A stretch of DNA of 64,000 nt from Chloroflexota bacterium. GTDB taxonomy: Bacteria; Chloroflexota; Limnocylindria; Limnocylindrales; CSP1-4. The notes under the pieces are model-generated. The model did not search any database and was not told the origin of the DNA. It saw only the letters and a list, made by a program, of their open reading frames with translations. The DNA lies in NCBI GenBank assembly GCA_045804645.1, contig JBJMMR010000052.1, positions 39,405 through 103,404 on the forward strand, given 5' to 3'. The translations under genes were made by a program, and so were the position numbers. Positions 26,299 to 37,237 of the stretch are shown piece by piece; position 1 is the stretch's first letter; every line of letters starts with the position of its first letter.

Positions 26299-28665
26299 TT
26301 ATTGGCGGGCCATCGCGAGGTGGAACCGCTCCTCCGGGGTGATCAGGTGGTCGCTGTCCTCAGTGGCCTCGTTGATGTCGAGCTGGAGCCGGCGGATCCG
26401 TCCGTTGAACTTGCTGCCCTGCGGCTCGTAGTCGTCGCTGACGGGCGTCGCGGTGTCCGAGCCCACGTCGGTGGTCTCGTCCGCGGAGAACACCATCGGC
26501 ACCGTCGCGTCAACGCGCCCTTGACCGACCTTGTTCCCGTCGATGTACAGCGCCACATCGCCACCCTTCCCAAGTCCGCCGCCGTCGTACGTGAATTCCA
26601 TCCGGACCTGGTGCGTGCCGGACGGTATGTCCGCGTCCCCGTAGGTCTTGAACCGTTGCAACCCGAAGAGGTTGTAGCAGTAGGCCGGTTTCCCATCCAT
26701 AGCGTAGAGGGCAAAACCGCCGAACGCGCCTCCCTGCGCCACGATCACGCCGTTCGCGGTGACGCCATCCGCCATCTCGACATCGGCGGTCACCGCATGT
26801 GACTTGTTCTTGATATTGACGACGGAGTTTTCGGAAAGCCGTCCCATCCCTCCGAACAGCATCTGGGAATTGCCGCGGATCAGGCTCGGTCGGCCCGCCA
26901 TCTCGGAGTTGAAGCGTTCTACTCTCCGATCGTCGAGCGGGAGGACGTTGTACTTCGTCGCTTCGATCAGGAATAGGCGTTGCAGCCGAGCGAGTTGCTC
27001 CGGTTGCTCCGCGGCCAGGTCGCGAGACTGCGTCCAGTCATCCGGGGCGTACAGCTCCCATCGATCGGCATCGATCGGCGGATTCTCGGCCATGATCCAC
27101 GGCGTGCTGTGCCGGGCAACCGCCGTCCAACCCTGGTGGTAGATGCCCCGATTCACGAACATCTCGAAGTACTGCGTCGTGCGATGCTCGGGTGCATCTG
27201 CGTCATCGAAGGCGGGCCGCATGGTTCGTCCATGAAGCGGCATCTGCTGGACGCCGTGTACGAAGGTCGGTTCGGGGAGTCCGGCAACGTCGAGGACGGT
27301 CGCCGCCAAGTCGATCACATGGCTGAACTGAGTACGGGTCTCGCCGCGCGCCTCGAAGCCCGACGGCCAGTGGACGATCGTCCCGTTCCGGGTGCCACCC
27401 CAGTGCGAGGCGACCTGCTTCGTCCACTGATACGGCGTATCCATGGCGTGCGCCCAGCCCACCGCGTAGTGGTTGTATGCCTCCGGCGTCCCGAACTTGT
27501 CGATCCGCCCCATCAGGAAGTCGGGTGTCTCGATCGTCGTGACCCCGTTCAGGGTCATCAGCTCGTTGAACGTCCCGTTTGGCGTTCCCTCGGCCGAGGC
27601 ACCGTTGTCGCCGATGATGTAGTAGACGAGCGTGTCGTCGAGGATCTCGAGGTCGGCCAACGCGTCGATGAGGCGGCCAACGTGGTGGTCGGTGTGCTCG
27701 AGGAAACCGGCGTAAACCTCCATCTGCCGCGCGAGGATCGGCTTCATCTCCGCTGGCATGTCCTCCCAGGCGGGGATCTCGACCGGCCGTTCGGTCAGTT
27801 CCGCGTCGTCCGGAATCACGCCGAGCTCCTTCTGCCGCGCGTAGGTCTCCTTGCGAAGCTGGTCCCATCCGGCATCGAACTTACCCTTGTACCGGTCAGA
27901 CCACTCCGGGCGGACGTGGTGCGGGGCATGGGTAGCGCCGGGTGCGAAGTAGATGAAGAACGGCTTGTCGAACATCAGCGCCTTCTGCTGGCGTACCCAG
28001 TCGATCGCCTTGTCCGTCATGTCCTCGGTGAAGTGGTAACCCTCCTCGGGGCTCCGATCCGGCTCCACTGGGGTCGTGTTGTGGTAGATCGCCGGCGCGT
28101 ACTGATTGGTCTCGCCGCCGATGAACCCATAGAAATACTCGAACCCGCCACCGCCAGACGGCCAGTTATCGAACGGTCCCATCGGCGAGGTCTGCCACAC
28201 AGGTACCTCATGGCACTTTCCGAATTGGGCCGTGGAGTAGCCGTTGAGCTTGAGGGTCTCGGCCAGCGGGGCGGCCGAGTTCGGACGAAGGGAGTTGTAG
28301 CCGGGCGCCGACGTGGCGATCTCCGTGATTCCGCCCATCCCGACGGAATGATGGTTGCGGCCGCTCAATAGGGCGGCCCTCGTCGGCGAGCAGAGGGCCG
28401 TCGTGTGGAAGCGGTTGAACTTCAGGCCGTTGGCGGCCAAACGTTCGGCCGTCGGGGTGAAGATCGGACCGCCGAACGCAGAGGAGGCGCCGAAACCGAC
28501 GTCATCGATGAGTACGACAAGCACGTTCGGCGCGCCCTTCGGTGGCCGAAGCTCGCGGATCGGCGGATAGCCGGTGTCGGGGTCCTTCGCGTCGTACGTC
28601 GTGAGTCCGACGTACGTCGGGTCCGGGATCGGCAGCACGCTCCGCTGCAGGGTGTCGTCGCTCAT
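26299..28665 (-). CDS. arylsulfatase (Cys-type, formylglycine-dependent)
   Basis: 788 aa with the sulfatase signature LCSPTRAALLSGRNHH and an N-terminal metal-binding DDVGFG. Confidence 0.9.
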   Translation of the reverse strand: MSDDTLQRSVLPIPDPTYVGLTTYDAKDPDTGYPPIRELRPPKGAPNVLVVLIDDVGFGASSAFGGPIFTPTAERLAANGLKFNRFHTTALCSPTRAALLSGRNHHSVGMGGITEIATSAPGYNSLRPNSAAPLAETLKLNGYSTAQFGKCHEVPVWQTSPMGPFDNWPSGGGGFEYFYGFIGGETNQYAPAIYHNTTPVEPDRSPEEGYHFTEDMTDKAIDWVRQQKALMFDKPFFIYFAPGATHAPHHVRPEWSDRYKGKFDAGWDQLRKETYARQKELGVIPDDAELTERPVEIPAWEDMPAEMKPILARQMEVYAGFLEHTDHHVGRLIDALADLEILDDTLVYYIIGDNGASAEGTPNGTFNELMTLNGVTTIETPDFLMGRIDKFGTPEAYNHYAVGWAHAMDTPYQWTKQVASHWGGTRNGTIVHWPSGFEARGETRTQFSHVIDLAATVLDVAGLPEPTFVHGVQQMPLHGRTMRPAFDDADAPEHRTTQYFEMFVNRGIYHQGWTAVARHSTPWIMAENPPIDADRWELYAPDDWTQSRDLAAEQPEQLARLQRLFLIEATKYNVLPLDDRRVERFNSEMAGRPSLIRGNSQMLFGGMGRLSENSVVNIKNKSHAVTADVEMADGVTANGVIVAQGGAFGGFALYAMDGKPAYCYNLFGLQRFKTYGDADIPSGTHQVRMEFTYDGGGLGKGGDVALYIDGNKVGQGRVDATVPMVFSADETTDVGSDTATPVSDDYEPQGSKFNGRIRRLQLDINEATEDSDHLITPEERFHLAMARQ

Positions 28666-28808
28666 CTGGACGTCTTTACCTCCCCATCGCTGTCGCAGCG
28701 ACCAAGTGAAAAGGCATCGTCGCCGGGTCCCGCCGCGTTCGCATCACCCTGTTCGGATGGCATCGGCCCGATCACACCGGCGGTCGTCTGGCCGAGCGGA
28801 CACTACCG

Positions 28809-28842
28809 AAGGACGCTTAGCGACTAAGGACGCTTAGCGACT
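28809..28842. repeat. perfect 17-bp tandem duplication AAGGACGCTTAGCGACT x2
   Basis: Read directly. Lies in the rpoD-sulfatase intergenic region, about 145-180 bp upstream of the sulfatase start. Confidence 0.9.
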
Positions 28843-28934
28843 GAGCGCGACGCGACCGAACCATCGACCAAGACCGGCGGGCAGTCCGCGTCCGCCGATG
28901 CCGCAAGTCAGACTGCTGGCGTGCGAGGGGCGAG

Positions 28935-30674
<1,740 letters not shown>

Positions 30675-30691
30675 CCGAGCCTCCTTGCTGG

Positions 30692-32593
30692 TCAGGTCTG
30701 GGCGGCCACGACGGGCCGCGCGAGTAGTCGGGTCTGTTCGCGCCGTCGGTCGATCGAACGGCGGCTCTCATTGATCTGGCGTTGTTCGCGCTGGAGACGG
30801 TCGACGGTCATGGTGTCGCCAGTGCGCTCCGCCTCGGCGAGTGCCGTCTCCAGGTATTCACTGCGCTCGCGGATCCCGTCGTCCTCGATGTCGAGGAGCA
30901 ACCCCGCGACCTCGCGCGCCTCGGGCGGCGGCTTCTGGATCGCCATCACGGCCTGTGCAAGCGAGCGGACCTCATCCTCGGGCAGGCCGGCGACGAAGGC
31001 ACTGAGATCGAACGCCGGATGGATGCCCTGATCGTTGGGCGCACGGGCCATGACGATCGCGCGGAAGAGCTCGCGGGCGAGCGTGCTCGGCAACTGGTCG
31101 GGCCCGAGCGCATCGCCGACGCGGAGCTGCTGGTCGGGCAGCAGCAGCAGCAGCCGCAGGAGCTCGGCCTCGACCGGCGTGACAGCCTTCAGGATATCGC
31201 CGACCGGCAGCGCGTCGGGCGAGGCGAGTACGGCGTTGGCCGTGATGCGGGTCGAGCCGTCGCGCTGCCCCGGGCCCACTGCCGCGAGTCGGCGCTCGAG
31301 GCTTTGCCGAAGCACCCGCTCGTCGACACCCGACACGCGATGCATCTGCTGGAGGGCCTCGTCGCGCCGGAGCGGGTCGGCGATGTCGCGGATCGACGGG
31401 ATGACCGCGTCGACGAACGCGATCCGCCCCGTCGCGGTCTTGAGGTCGTGCCGCGAAGCGTGATGGTCGATCAGGTACTCGACGAGGGGCTTGGCCCGCC
31501 CGACCGCCGATTCCCAGGCAGACGGGTCATCTCGGATGACCTCGTCGGGGTCCTTGCCATCAGGGAGACGCGCGACGCGGACGTCCTCGAGCTTGACCCC
31601 CGAGTCGTCCCCCTGGAGCTGGGTGATCAAGCCGGCAAGTGCGGTCACTCCGACGGTGCCGGCCTTCTCGCCGGCCGGGTCGACGTCATAGGCGAGGGCG
31701 ATCCGCTTCGCGTAGCGGGTCAGAAGTCCGATCTGATTCGGTGTCAGTGCGGTGCCGAGGCTGGCGACCACGTTCTCGAAGCCAGCCTGGTGGGCCATGA
31801 GTGCGTCGGTGTAGCCCTCGACGATGACCGCCTGCTCGGTCTTGCGGATCACGCCCTTCGCCTTGTCGATCAGGTACAGCGTTCGACTCTTGTCGAAGAG
31901 CGGCGTCGCCGGGGAGTTGAGGTATTTCGGCCCCTCCCCCTCCAGCAGTCGGCCACCCAGGCCGACCGCGTTGCCGTTCTGGTCGCGGATCGGGAACAGG
32001 ACGCGAGCACGGAACTTATCGATGACGCCTCGTCCGCGCTGGCTCGGGCTGGCGAGACCGACTTCGACGAGGTCGTTCGGTTCAACGTTCCGCTTCGCCT
32101 GGAGCTGGCGGGCCATGACGTCCCAACCCGCCGGCGCCCAGCCGAGCTGGTACGCCTCGATCGTGGCGTCGGTGAAGCCGCGGGCACGCAGGTATGCGAG
32201 GGCTGGTTCGCCGGCGTTCGAGGCGGTCAGGACTGCGTGATAGAAGGCGATCGCCGTGTCGAGTACGCCTCGGAGGCGGGCTTTGCGCGCGTCCTCGCGC
32301 TTCGTGCGCTCATCGATCTCGACGCCGGCCTTCGCAGCGAGCGTGCGGAGGGCCTCGGGGAACGTCAGGCCATCGCGGTCCATCACGAAGCTGAAGATGT
32401 CGCCGCCCTTCCCGCATCCGAAACAGTGCCAGGATTCGCGGGCGGGAGTGACGACGAACGACGGCGTCTTCTCCCCGTGGAAGGGGCAGAGGCCCTTGTA
32501 CGTCGTACCGGCCTTCTTGAGAGTGACGCTCTCGCCCACGACGTCGACGACCGACAACTTGCTCTTGACCTCGGCAGTGACGCCGACCGACAA
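30692..32593 (-). CDS. dnaG: DNA primase
   Basis: Has the zinc finger [13 protein letters not shown]...WHCFGCG and [24 protein letters not shown] start with AAGGAG 6 nt upstream. Confidence 0.95.
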   Translation of the reverse strand: MSVGVTAEVKSKLSVVDVVGESVTLKKAGTTYKGLCPFHGEKTPSFVVTPARESWHCFGCGKGGDIFSFVMDRDGLTFPEALRTLAAKAGVEIDERTKREDARKARLRGVLDTAIAFYHAVLTASNAGEPALAYLRARGFTDATIEAYQLGWAPAGWDVMARQLQAKRNVEPNDLVEVGLASPSQRGRGVIDKFRARVLFPIRDQNGNAVGLGGRLLEGEGPKYLNSPATPLFDKSRTLYLIDKAKGVIRKTEQAVIVEGYTDALMAHQAGFENVVASLGTALTPNQIGLLTRYAKRIALAYDVDPAGEKAGTVGVTALAGLITQLQGDDSGVKLEDVRVARLPDGKDPDEVIRDDPSAWESAVGRAKPLVEYLIDHHASRHDLKTATGRIAFVDAVIPSIRDIADPLRRDEALQQMHRVSGVDERVLRQSLERRLAAVGPGQRDGSTRITANAVLASPDALPVGDILKAVTPVEAELLRLLLLLPDQQLRVGDALGPDQLPSTLARELFRAIVMARAPNDQGIHPAFDLSAFVAGLPEDEVRSLAQAVMAIQKPPPEAREVAGLLLDIEDDGIRERSEYLETALAEAERTGDTMTVDRLQREQRQINESRRSIDRRREQTRLLARPVVAAQT

Positions 32594-32609
32594 GCTCCAC
32601 TCCTTGCGT

Positions 32610-32630
32610 GCGTCACTGACCAGGTGACGC
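32610..32630 (-). promoter_or_regulatory. 7-bp stem hairpin (GCGTCAC/GTGACGC, 7-nt loop) in the dnaG 5' leader
   Basis: Read directly. Ends 4 nt upstream of the dnaG Shine-Dalgarno. Confidence 0.35.
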
Positions 32631-32682
32631 CGCGCTTTCGCTGACCCGGGTCGTCCTGCCCGGCCCCGAACGTGCCTGTGGG

Positions 32683-32756
32683 CCTGTCAAGTCTTGACAA
32701 GCCCGGTTCGTCGGATGTTGCCGCCCCGGTCCGACCCTTGTCAAGTCCTTGTCAAT
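32683..32756. promoter_or_regulatory. four copies of a CTTG(A/T)CAAG 9-mer in two adjacent pairs upstream of dnaG
   Basis: CCTGTCAAG 32683-32691, CTTGACAAG 32693-32701, CTTGTCAAG 32737-32745, CTTGTCAAT 32748-32756. On the dnaG strand these provide TTGACA -35-like hexamers. Confidence 0.5.
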
Positions 32757-32860
32757 ACCCGCCAGGAGTATCGAGGGAGGGGCCACCAACAGTCGGGATA
32801 GAAACCGAACGGTGCCATCGCCGGCTGCGAATCGTCTGAGAGCCCGATGCGGCTCGGCCC

Positions 32861-34873
32861 TTAGCGGCGGACGCCGATCGCGTCGATCGCGAGCGTCACG
32901 CGGCCAGCCGACCCCGTATTCGTGATGCTGACGATGTGCGGCCCGGCGGGGAGCGCCTTGCTGTAGAGGACGAGGCGGTCGCGGATCGTCGTCGCGCGCT
33001 GGCCGCCGTAGAACCCCGTGTCCACGGTCGCGGAGACACCGTCCACCGTGATGCGCATCCGTCCGTACGCCGGCCCGACGCGGCCGATGACGTACAGCGC
33101 ATCCCCGTCGTCGGTCGTGAACGAGAGCGTCGAACCCGGGGTCCTGTTCTCGGTGAATGTGTGGCGGTAGGTCGTCGTCGCGGTGTGGCGGACGGTCCCG
33201 CTCGAGAACGCGAACGCCCGGTCATCGCCGGGAACCAGCACGGAGATGATCTGCCATGGGCTCGAGTTGTTCACCGCATCGACGGCCCGGACCTGGACCT
33301 CCCAGCTCCCGGCCGCCAACGAGAAGGTGGCGCTTTTCGCGGTCGTGCTCGTCGCGCTCGAGGGCGTCCCATCGGGCCGAGAGCGCGTCCGGTACTGGTA
33401 GCGGGTGACACCGACGTTGTCGATCCCCGACCACGAGGCGCTGAACCGACCGTCGATCGAGCGGACGACGACGTACGAACCCTTCAGGGCCGTCATCGCG
33501 GGCGCGCTGGAGTCGACCGAGACCCGGACGTACTTCCAGGACGACGAGTTGCCGGCGGCGTCGGTCGCGCGTACGGCGATCGTCCACCACCCGCTGACGA
33601 GCGTCAGCGTGGTGCTCTTCGACGTCGAGGTCTGATACGACCACGAGCCCGTCGCACCGCGCTTCTTGCCGATCTGGTACCCGGTGACGCCGAGGTTGTC
33701 TCGAGCGGCGTAGCTGACCGGCACGCTCGCGCGGTTGCGGGGCGCGACGGACAGCGCCGTCATGACGGGAACGGCGTCGTCCGGAAGGCTGCTCATCACG
33801 GTCGTGATGTTGTTGAGATAGGTCAGGTGGCGGGAGCTCCCCTCGATCGTGCCGAGCCAGTGTGCCGATGCCGAGCTGACGGTCGTGTAGCCGCTGCGGT
33901 CATACCGCTGGAGCAGGTCGACATACGCCCGGACGCTCGCCAGCCAGGACGGGAACTTCGCATACGTGTAGCCGTTGCCAGGCGCGTACGGGGTCGCGCC
34001 GAAATCGGCCGTCCAGGCGTAGTAGAGGATGTTCCCCCAGTTCTTCGTCACGGTCGCATAGCCCCGAGTCCCGGAATGACTCTCGGCGTGGAACGTCCCG
34101 AGGGCGAACGCGACGTTGACCCCGCCGGCGACCATCGTCCGATAGATCGAGCGGCCCTCGGAGATGGCCGGCGACGAGACCGCGCGGAGGCGATCGACGA
34201 AGGAGTCTTCGGTCAGCGTCGGCCCGGCGATGATGTGATCCCTGGCGTGCGGGTAGTTCGGGGGCGGTGGACAGAGCGACCGATCGAGGGTGGATGCGGC
34301 GCTCGCGGTCCGGTTCTGGGCGTCGGTGACGGTCGTTGTGACGCTCTGGGTCGTGATCGAACAATCATTGGTGATCGTCACGCTGACCGAGCTCCCCGAC
34401 ACCGACCCGCTGACGACGGTCGTGCCGCGCACCGCGACCGAGTACCGCCACGGGTCGACCGCGTTCGCAGGCGTGATCGTGACCCTCACGCGAGCCTTGT
34501 TCGTGGTGGTGTCGTAGCTGACGCCGCTCTGTGACATGGCGACGCTGAGGGCACCCGGCGCGGGAGTCGGCGTCGCTGTCGCTGCCGGAGCCAGGGCTGG
34601 TGTTGCCGCGGTGGTCGACGCGGGCGCCGGTGGCGGTGTAAGGGTCGGAGTCGGGGCGGGCGTGGGGGAGGCGCTCGGCGACGGGGTCGGGGTGGGCGTC
34701 GGGGAGGCGCTCGGCGACGGGGTCAGGGTCGGAGACGGGGTCGGACTCGGGTCTGCGGCAAGCGAGGGTGCCACGACGACCAACGACAAGGTCGTGGCAA
34801 GCAGGACGCCACGAACCGAGGCACGAAACGTGGCGGAGCGGGCGTGACGGGGGCGCGGGTAACGGTAGGGCAT
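32861..34873 (-). CDS. secreted multidomain cell-wall-associated protein (signal peptide, Pro/Thr/Ser linker, possible glucosaminidase-like domain, Ig/Fn3-like repeats)
   Basis: 670 aa with an N-terminal signal (LLATTLSLVVVAPSLA) and a PTPSPS low-complexity linker. The central region FHAESHSGTRGY...NWGNILYY resembles muramidase/glucosaminidase domains. The C-terminal half contains repeated beta-rich modules. Confidence 0.6.
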   Translation of the reverse strand: MPYRYPRPRHARSATFRASVRGVLLATTLSLVVVAPSLAADPSPTPSPTLTPSPSASPTPTPTPSPSASPTPAPTPTLTPPPAPASTTAATPALAPAATATPTPAPGALSVAMSQSGVSYDTTTNKARVRVTITPANAVDPWRYSVAVRGTTVVSGSVSGSSVSVTITNDCSITTQSVTTTVTDAQNRTASAASTLDRSLCPPPPNYPHARDHIIAGPTLTEDSFVDRLRAVSSPAISEGRSIYRTMVAGGVNVAFALGTFHAESHSGTRGYATVTKNWGNILYYAWTADFGATPYAPGNGYTYAKFPSWLASVRAYVDLLQRYDRSGYTTVSSASAHWLGTIEGSSRHLTYLNNITTVMSSLPDDAVPVMTALSVAPRNRASVPVSYAARDNLGVTGYQIGKKRGATGSWSYQTSTSKSTTLTLVSGWWTIAVRATDAAGNSSSWKYVRVSVDSSAPAMTALKGSYVVVRSIDGRFSASWSGIDNVGVTRYQYRTRSRPDGTPSSATSTTAKSATFSLAAGSWEVQVRAVDAVNNSSPWQIISVLVPGDDRAFAFSSGTVRHTATTTYRHTFTENRTPGSTLSFTTDDGDALYVIGRVGPAYGRMRITVDGVSATVDTGFYGGQRATTIRDRLVLYSKALPAGPHIVSITNTGSAGRVTLAIDAIGVRR

Positions 34874-35017
34874 CCGAGACTCGAGCTGCCTGGGGGGACA
34901 TAGACCTTCACGCTCGAGCCCGAATCCGTCAAGCGGCCCATCGGCGACGGGACCGGTGGTACGGAAGTCGGGGCACCACGTCCCGGCGAAGCGCCTGTCA
35001 GCGCCCGGCGAAGCGCG

Positions 35018-35272
35018 TTACTCGGCCCGCGCCTTGAGCGCGTCGATCAACGTCGACAGGACGTCGTACCGCAGCTGCGCGCGACTGGCCTCGTCCTCGA
35101 GGGACTCCCGGGTCGTCCCGTCGCCGTAGCCGGCCGAGAGGCGAACCTGTCGGCGACGGATCTCGCCGAGCTCGGTGGCGCGGGCCTTGAGGAGTGCCCG
35201 CCCAAGCTCGGCGAGTTCGGCGTCGGTGAGGTCGAGCCGGAGCTCGACCTGTCTGGCCGTGCGATCGGTCAT
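35018..35272 (-). CDS. hypothetical helical protein
   Basis: 84 aa with very high GC3 and no motif recognised. Confidence 0.5.
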   Translation of the reverse strand: MTDRTARQVELRLDLTDAELAELGRALLKARATELGEIRRRQVRLSAGYGDGTTRESLEDEASRAQLRYDVLSTLIDALKARAE

Positions 35273-35315
35273 CGACCGATCGTACAGATCGTCGTCCGGG
35301 ACTGGTGCGTCGGGG

Positions 35316-36074
35316 TCAGCGCGTCGTCGTCGTCGTGGCCCGTCGGCCGTTGCGACCCTGCGACTTCGATCCTGATGCCGTCGTCTCCGTGCCGGTCATC
35401 TGCGGACTGGTGCCGCTCGACGACCTCGTGGCCATGTCGTCGCCTTGGCCCTTAGCGCCCTGCTCCTGCTGGCCGTGGACGCGAAGCTGATTCATCACGT
35501 CGTGGACCCCGGCGACTTGCTCGACGACGTCCTCCGCAAGCCGCTTGCCCCAGCGGTCGTCGACGAAGCCCGTCAGGGTCACGACGCCTTGACTCACCTC
35601 GACCTCGATGCCTGAGGCGTCGAGATCACCGTGTTCGGTCAGCCGGTCGCTCACATCCTCGCGGATGCGCTCATCTGATCGCTGATAGCCCTTCGGGCCG
35701 CGACCGGCGAACTGCCCGGTCTGACCGCCTCGGCCGCCCCACGAGCCTTGCCCCGAGGCGCCCTGGCCCTGGCCCCGACTCGAGCGGCCCGATCGACCGC
35801 TGCGCCAGCCGGCTCCCGTCCCCTGGCCCTGGCCGTACTGGACATCGCGCTGATCGAACTGCATCTCCTGCTGACCCGGCTGGTCCTGGTCGGAGTCCGA
35901 CGCATCCTGACCTTGGTAGAAGACCGCGTAATAGCCGACGCCCCGATAGCCAGGTCCGTAATACCGATATGGCTGGACGTATCCCTTCCAGTCGCCCTGG
36001 CCACCGCTCTGGGTCGTCATCGAGCGGGACTCGTCACGTTGCTGCTCGTCCTGATAACGCTCATCGCCACGCAT
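35316..36074 (-). CDS. BON-domain protein with a Gly/Gln-rich disordered N-terminal half
   Basis: ATG (MRGDERYQ) preceded by GAGGAGGT. Contains ...GRGPKGYQRSDERIREDVSDRLTEHGDLDASGIEVEVSQGVVTLTGFVDD... (BON domain). Confidence 0.75.
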   Translation of the reverse strand: MRGDERYQDEQQRDESRSMTTQSGGQGDWKGYVQPYRYYGPGYRGVGYYAVFYQGQDASDSDQDQPGQQEMQFDQRDVQYGQGQGTGAGWRSGRSGRSSRGQGQGASGQGSWGGRGGQTGQFAGRGPKGYQRSDERIREDVSDRLTEHGDLDASGIEVEVSQGVVTLTGFVDDRWGKRLAEDVVEQVAGVHDVMNQLRVHGQQEQGAKGQGDDMATRSSSGTSPQMTGTETTASGSKSQGRNGRRATTTTTR

Positions 36075-36229
36075 GCGCCTACCTCCTCGTCCGATCCTTT
36101 TCTCCGCTTCGGACTGGTCCGGCCATCGTCGGACGCGCCTCGTCAGCGTGTCGTCATCGAGTGTCTGGAGGTGGGTTTCGGGGGTGTGACAGCGGCCGTG
36201 CAACCCGTTTCGCGGGTACCCTGACGACG

Positions 36230-37237
36230 ATGGCGAGCGATCCGCACGACCCCGGGCCCGACGCTGCCGCTGCCGTCTTCGATGGCTCGGATGACGTGGC
36301 GGCGAACCCGTTCCCGGCATCGAACGGCGGCACGATCCGGATCGGTACGGCGTCCTGGACCGACCCGACGATGACCGCGGCCGGCGTCTTCTACCCGAGC
36401 GGCGCAGACAGTGCCGAGGAGCGGTTGCAGTACTACGCGTCGCGCTTCCCGCTGGTGGAGGTCGATGCGACCTACTACTCGCTCCCGTCGCGGCGCACTT
36501 CAGAGCTGTGGGTCCAGCGGACGCCGCCCGACTTCACCTTCGATATCAAGGCGCACGCCCTGATGACGGGCCAGCCGACCGAGACGAAGCGGCTCCCCAA
36601 GGATCTCCGCGAGGCGCTGCCGGCCGACGTCGCGGAAAAGAGGCGCATCTACGCGAAGGATCTGCCGGACGAGCTCAAGGACGATGTGTGGGCGTGGTTC
36701 GCGGATGGCCTCGAGCCGCTCGCGGAAGCCGGGCAACTGGGCTCGATCCTGCTGCAATATCCGCGCTGGTTCTTCACCTCATCCGAGAACCGCGACACCA
36801 TCGAGGACGCGGTCGACCGCCTCCGCAAGGTCGGGATGACGCCGGCGGTCGAGTTTCGGAACGCGACCTGGTTCAACGAGAAGAACATCGAGCGAACACT
36901 AAAGTTCCTCGGCGATCGTGAGATCCCGCTCGTCATGGTCGATGGGCCGCAGGGCTTCAAGTCGAGCGTGCCGCCCATCGTGGCGGCGACCTCTCCTGAC
37001 CTCGCCGTCGTCCGGTTCCACGGGCGGCGGGCCGAGACGTGGGAGGCGCAGAACATCAAGACGGTCGAGCGGTTCCGCTACCTCTACGACGACGATGAGC
37101 TCGAAGAGTGGGTGCCACGCGTCCGCGACGCCGCTGGGCAGGCCAAGCAGACTCACGTCCTGTTCAACAACTGCTATGCCAACTACGGCGCGACCAACGC
37201 GCTGATGCTCGCGGAACTGCTGCGCGACCTGGACTAG
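36230..37237 (+). CDS. DUF72 (UPF0759/YecE-like) protein
   Basis: Reads IRIGTASWTDPTM...FYP....SAEERLQYYASRFPLVEVDATYYSLPS...W...TPPDFTFDIKAH, the typical DUF72 pattern. Confidence 0.8.
   Translation: MASDPHDPGPDAAAAVFDGSDDVAANPFPASNGGTIRIGTASWTDPTMTAAGVFYPSGADSAEERLQYYASRFPLVEVDATYYSLPSRRTSELWVQRTPPDFTFDIKAHALMTGQPTETKRLPKDLREALPADVAEKRRIYAKDLPDELKDDVWAWFADGLEPLAEAGQLGSILLQYPRWFFTSSENRDTIEDAVDRLRKVGMTPAVEFRNATWFNEKNIERTLKFLGDREIPLVMVDGPQGFKSSVPPIVAATSPDLAVVRFHGRRAETWEAQNIKTVERFRYLYDDDELEEWVPRVRDAAGQAKQTHVLFNNCYANYGATNALMLAELLRDLD

Noticed and set aside
26980-28371. 463-aa plus-strand ORF antisense to the arylsulfatase. The same applies to 30782-32644 (antisense to dnaG), 60556-61566 (antisense to the aminotransferase), 61833-62909 (antisense to the ScyD/E-like gene), 58803-60044, 32936-34534 and 45345-46523.
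   Set aside because: All are shadow ORFs opposite genes with strong signatures. Their composition is Arg/Asp/Gly-rich and no motif was recognised.
34895-34945. Fragment resembling the 3' half of a ydaO/cyclic-di-AMP riboswitch (GGGGGAC...CCCGAATCCGTCAAGC) next to the secreted hydrolase gene
   Set aside because: The match is on the plus strand, while the adjacent hydrolase gene and all neighbours are on the minus strand. Only a short partial resemblance was recalled from memory.
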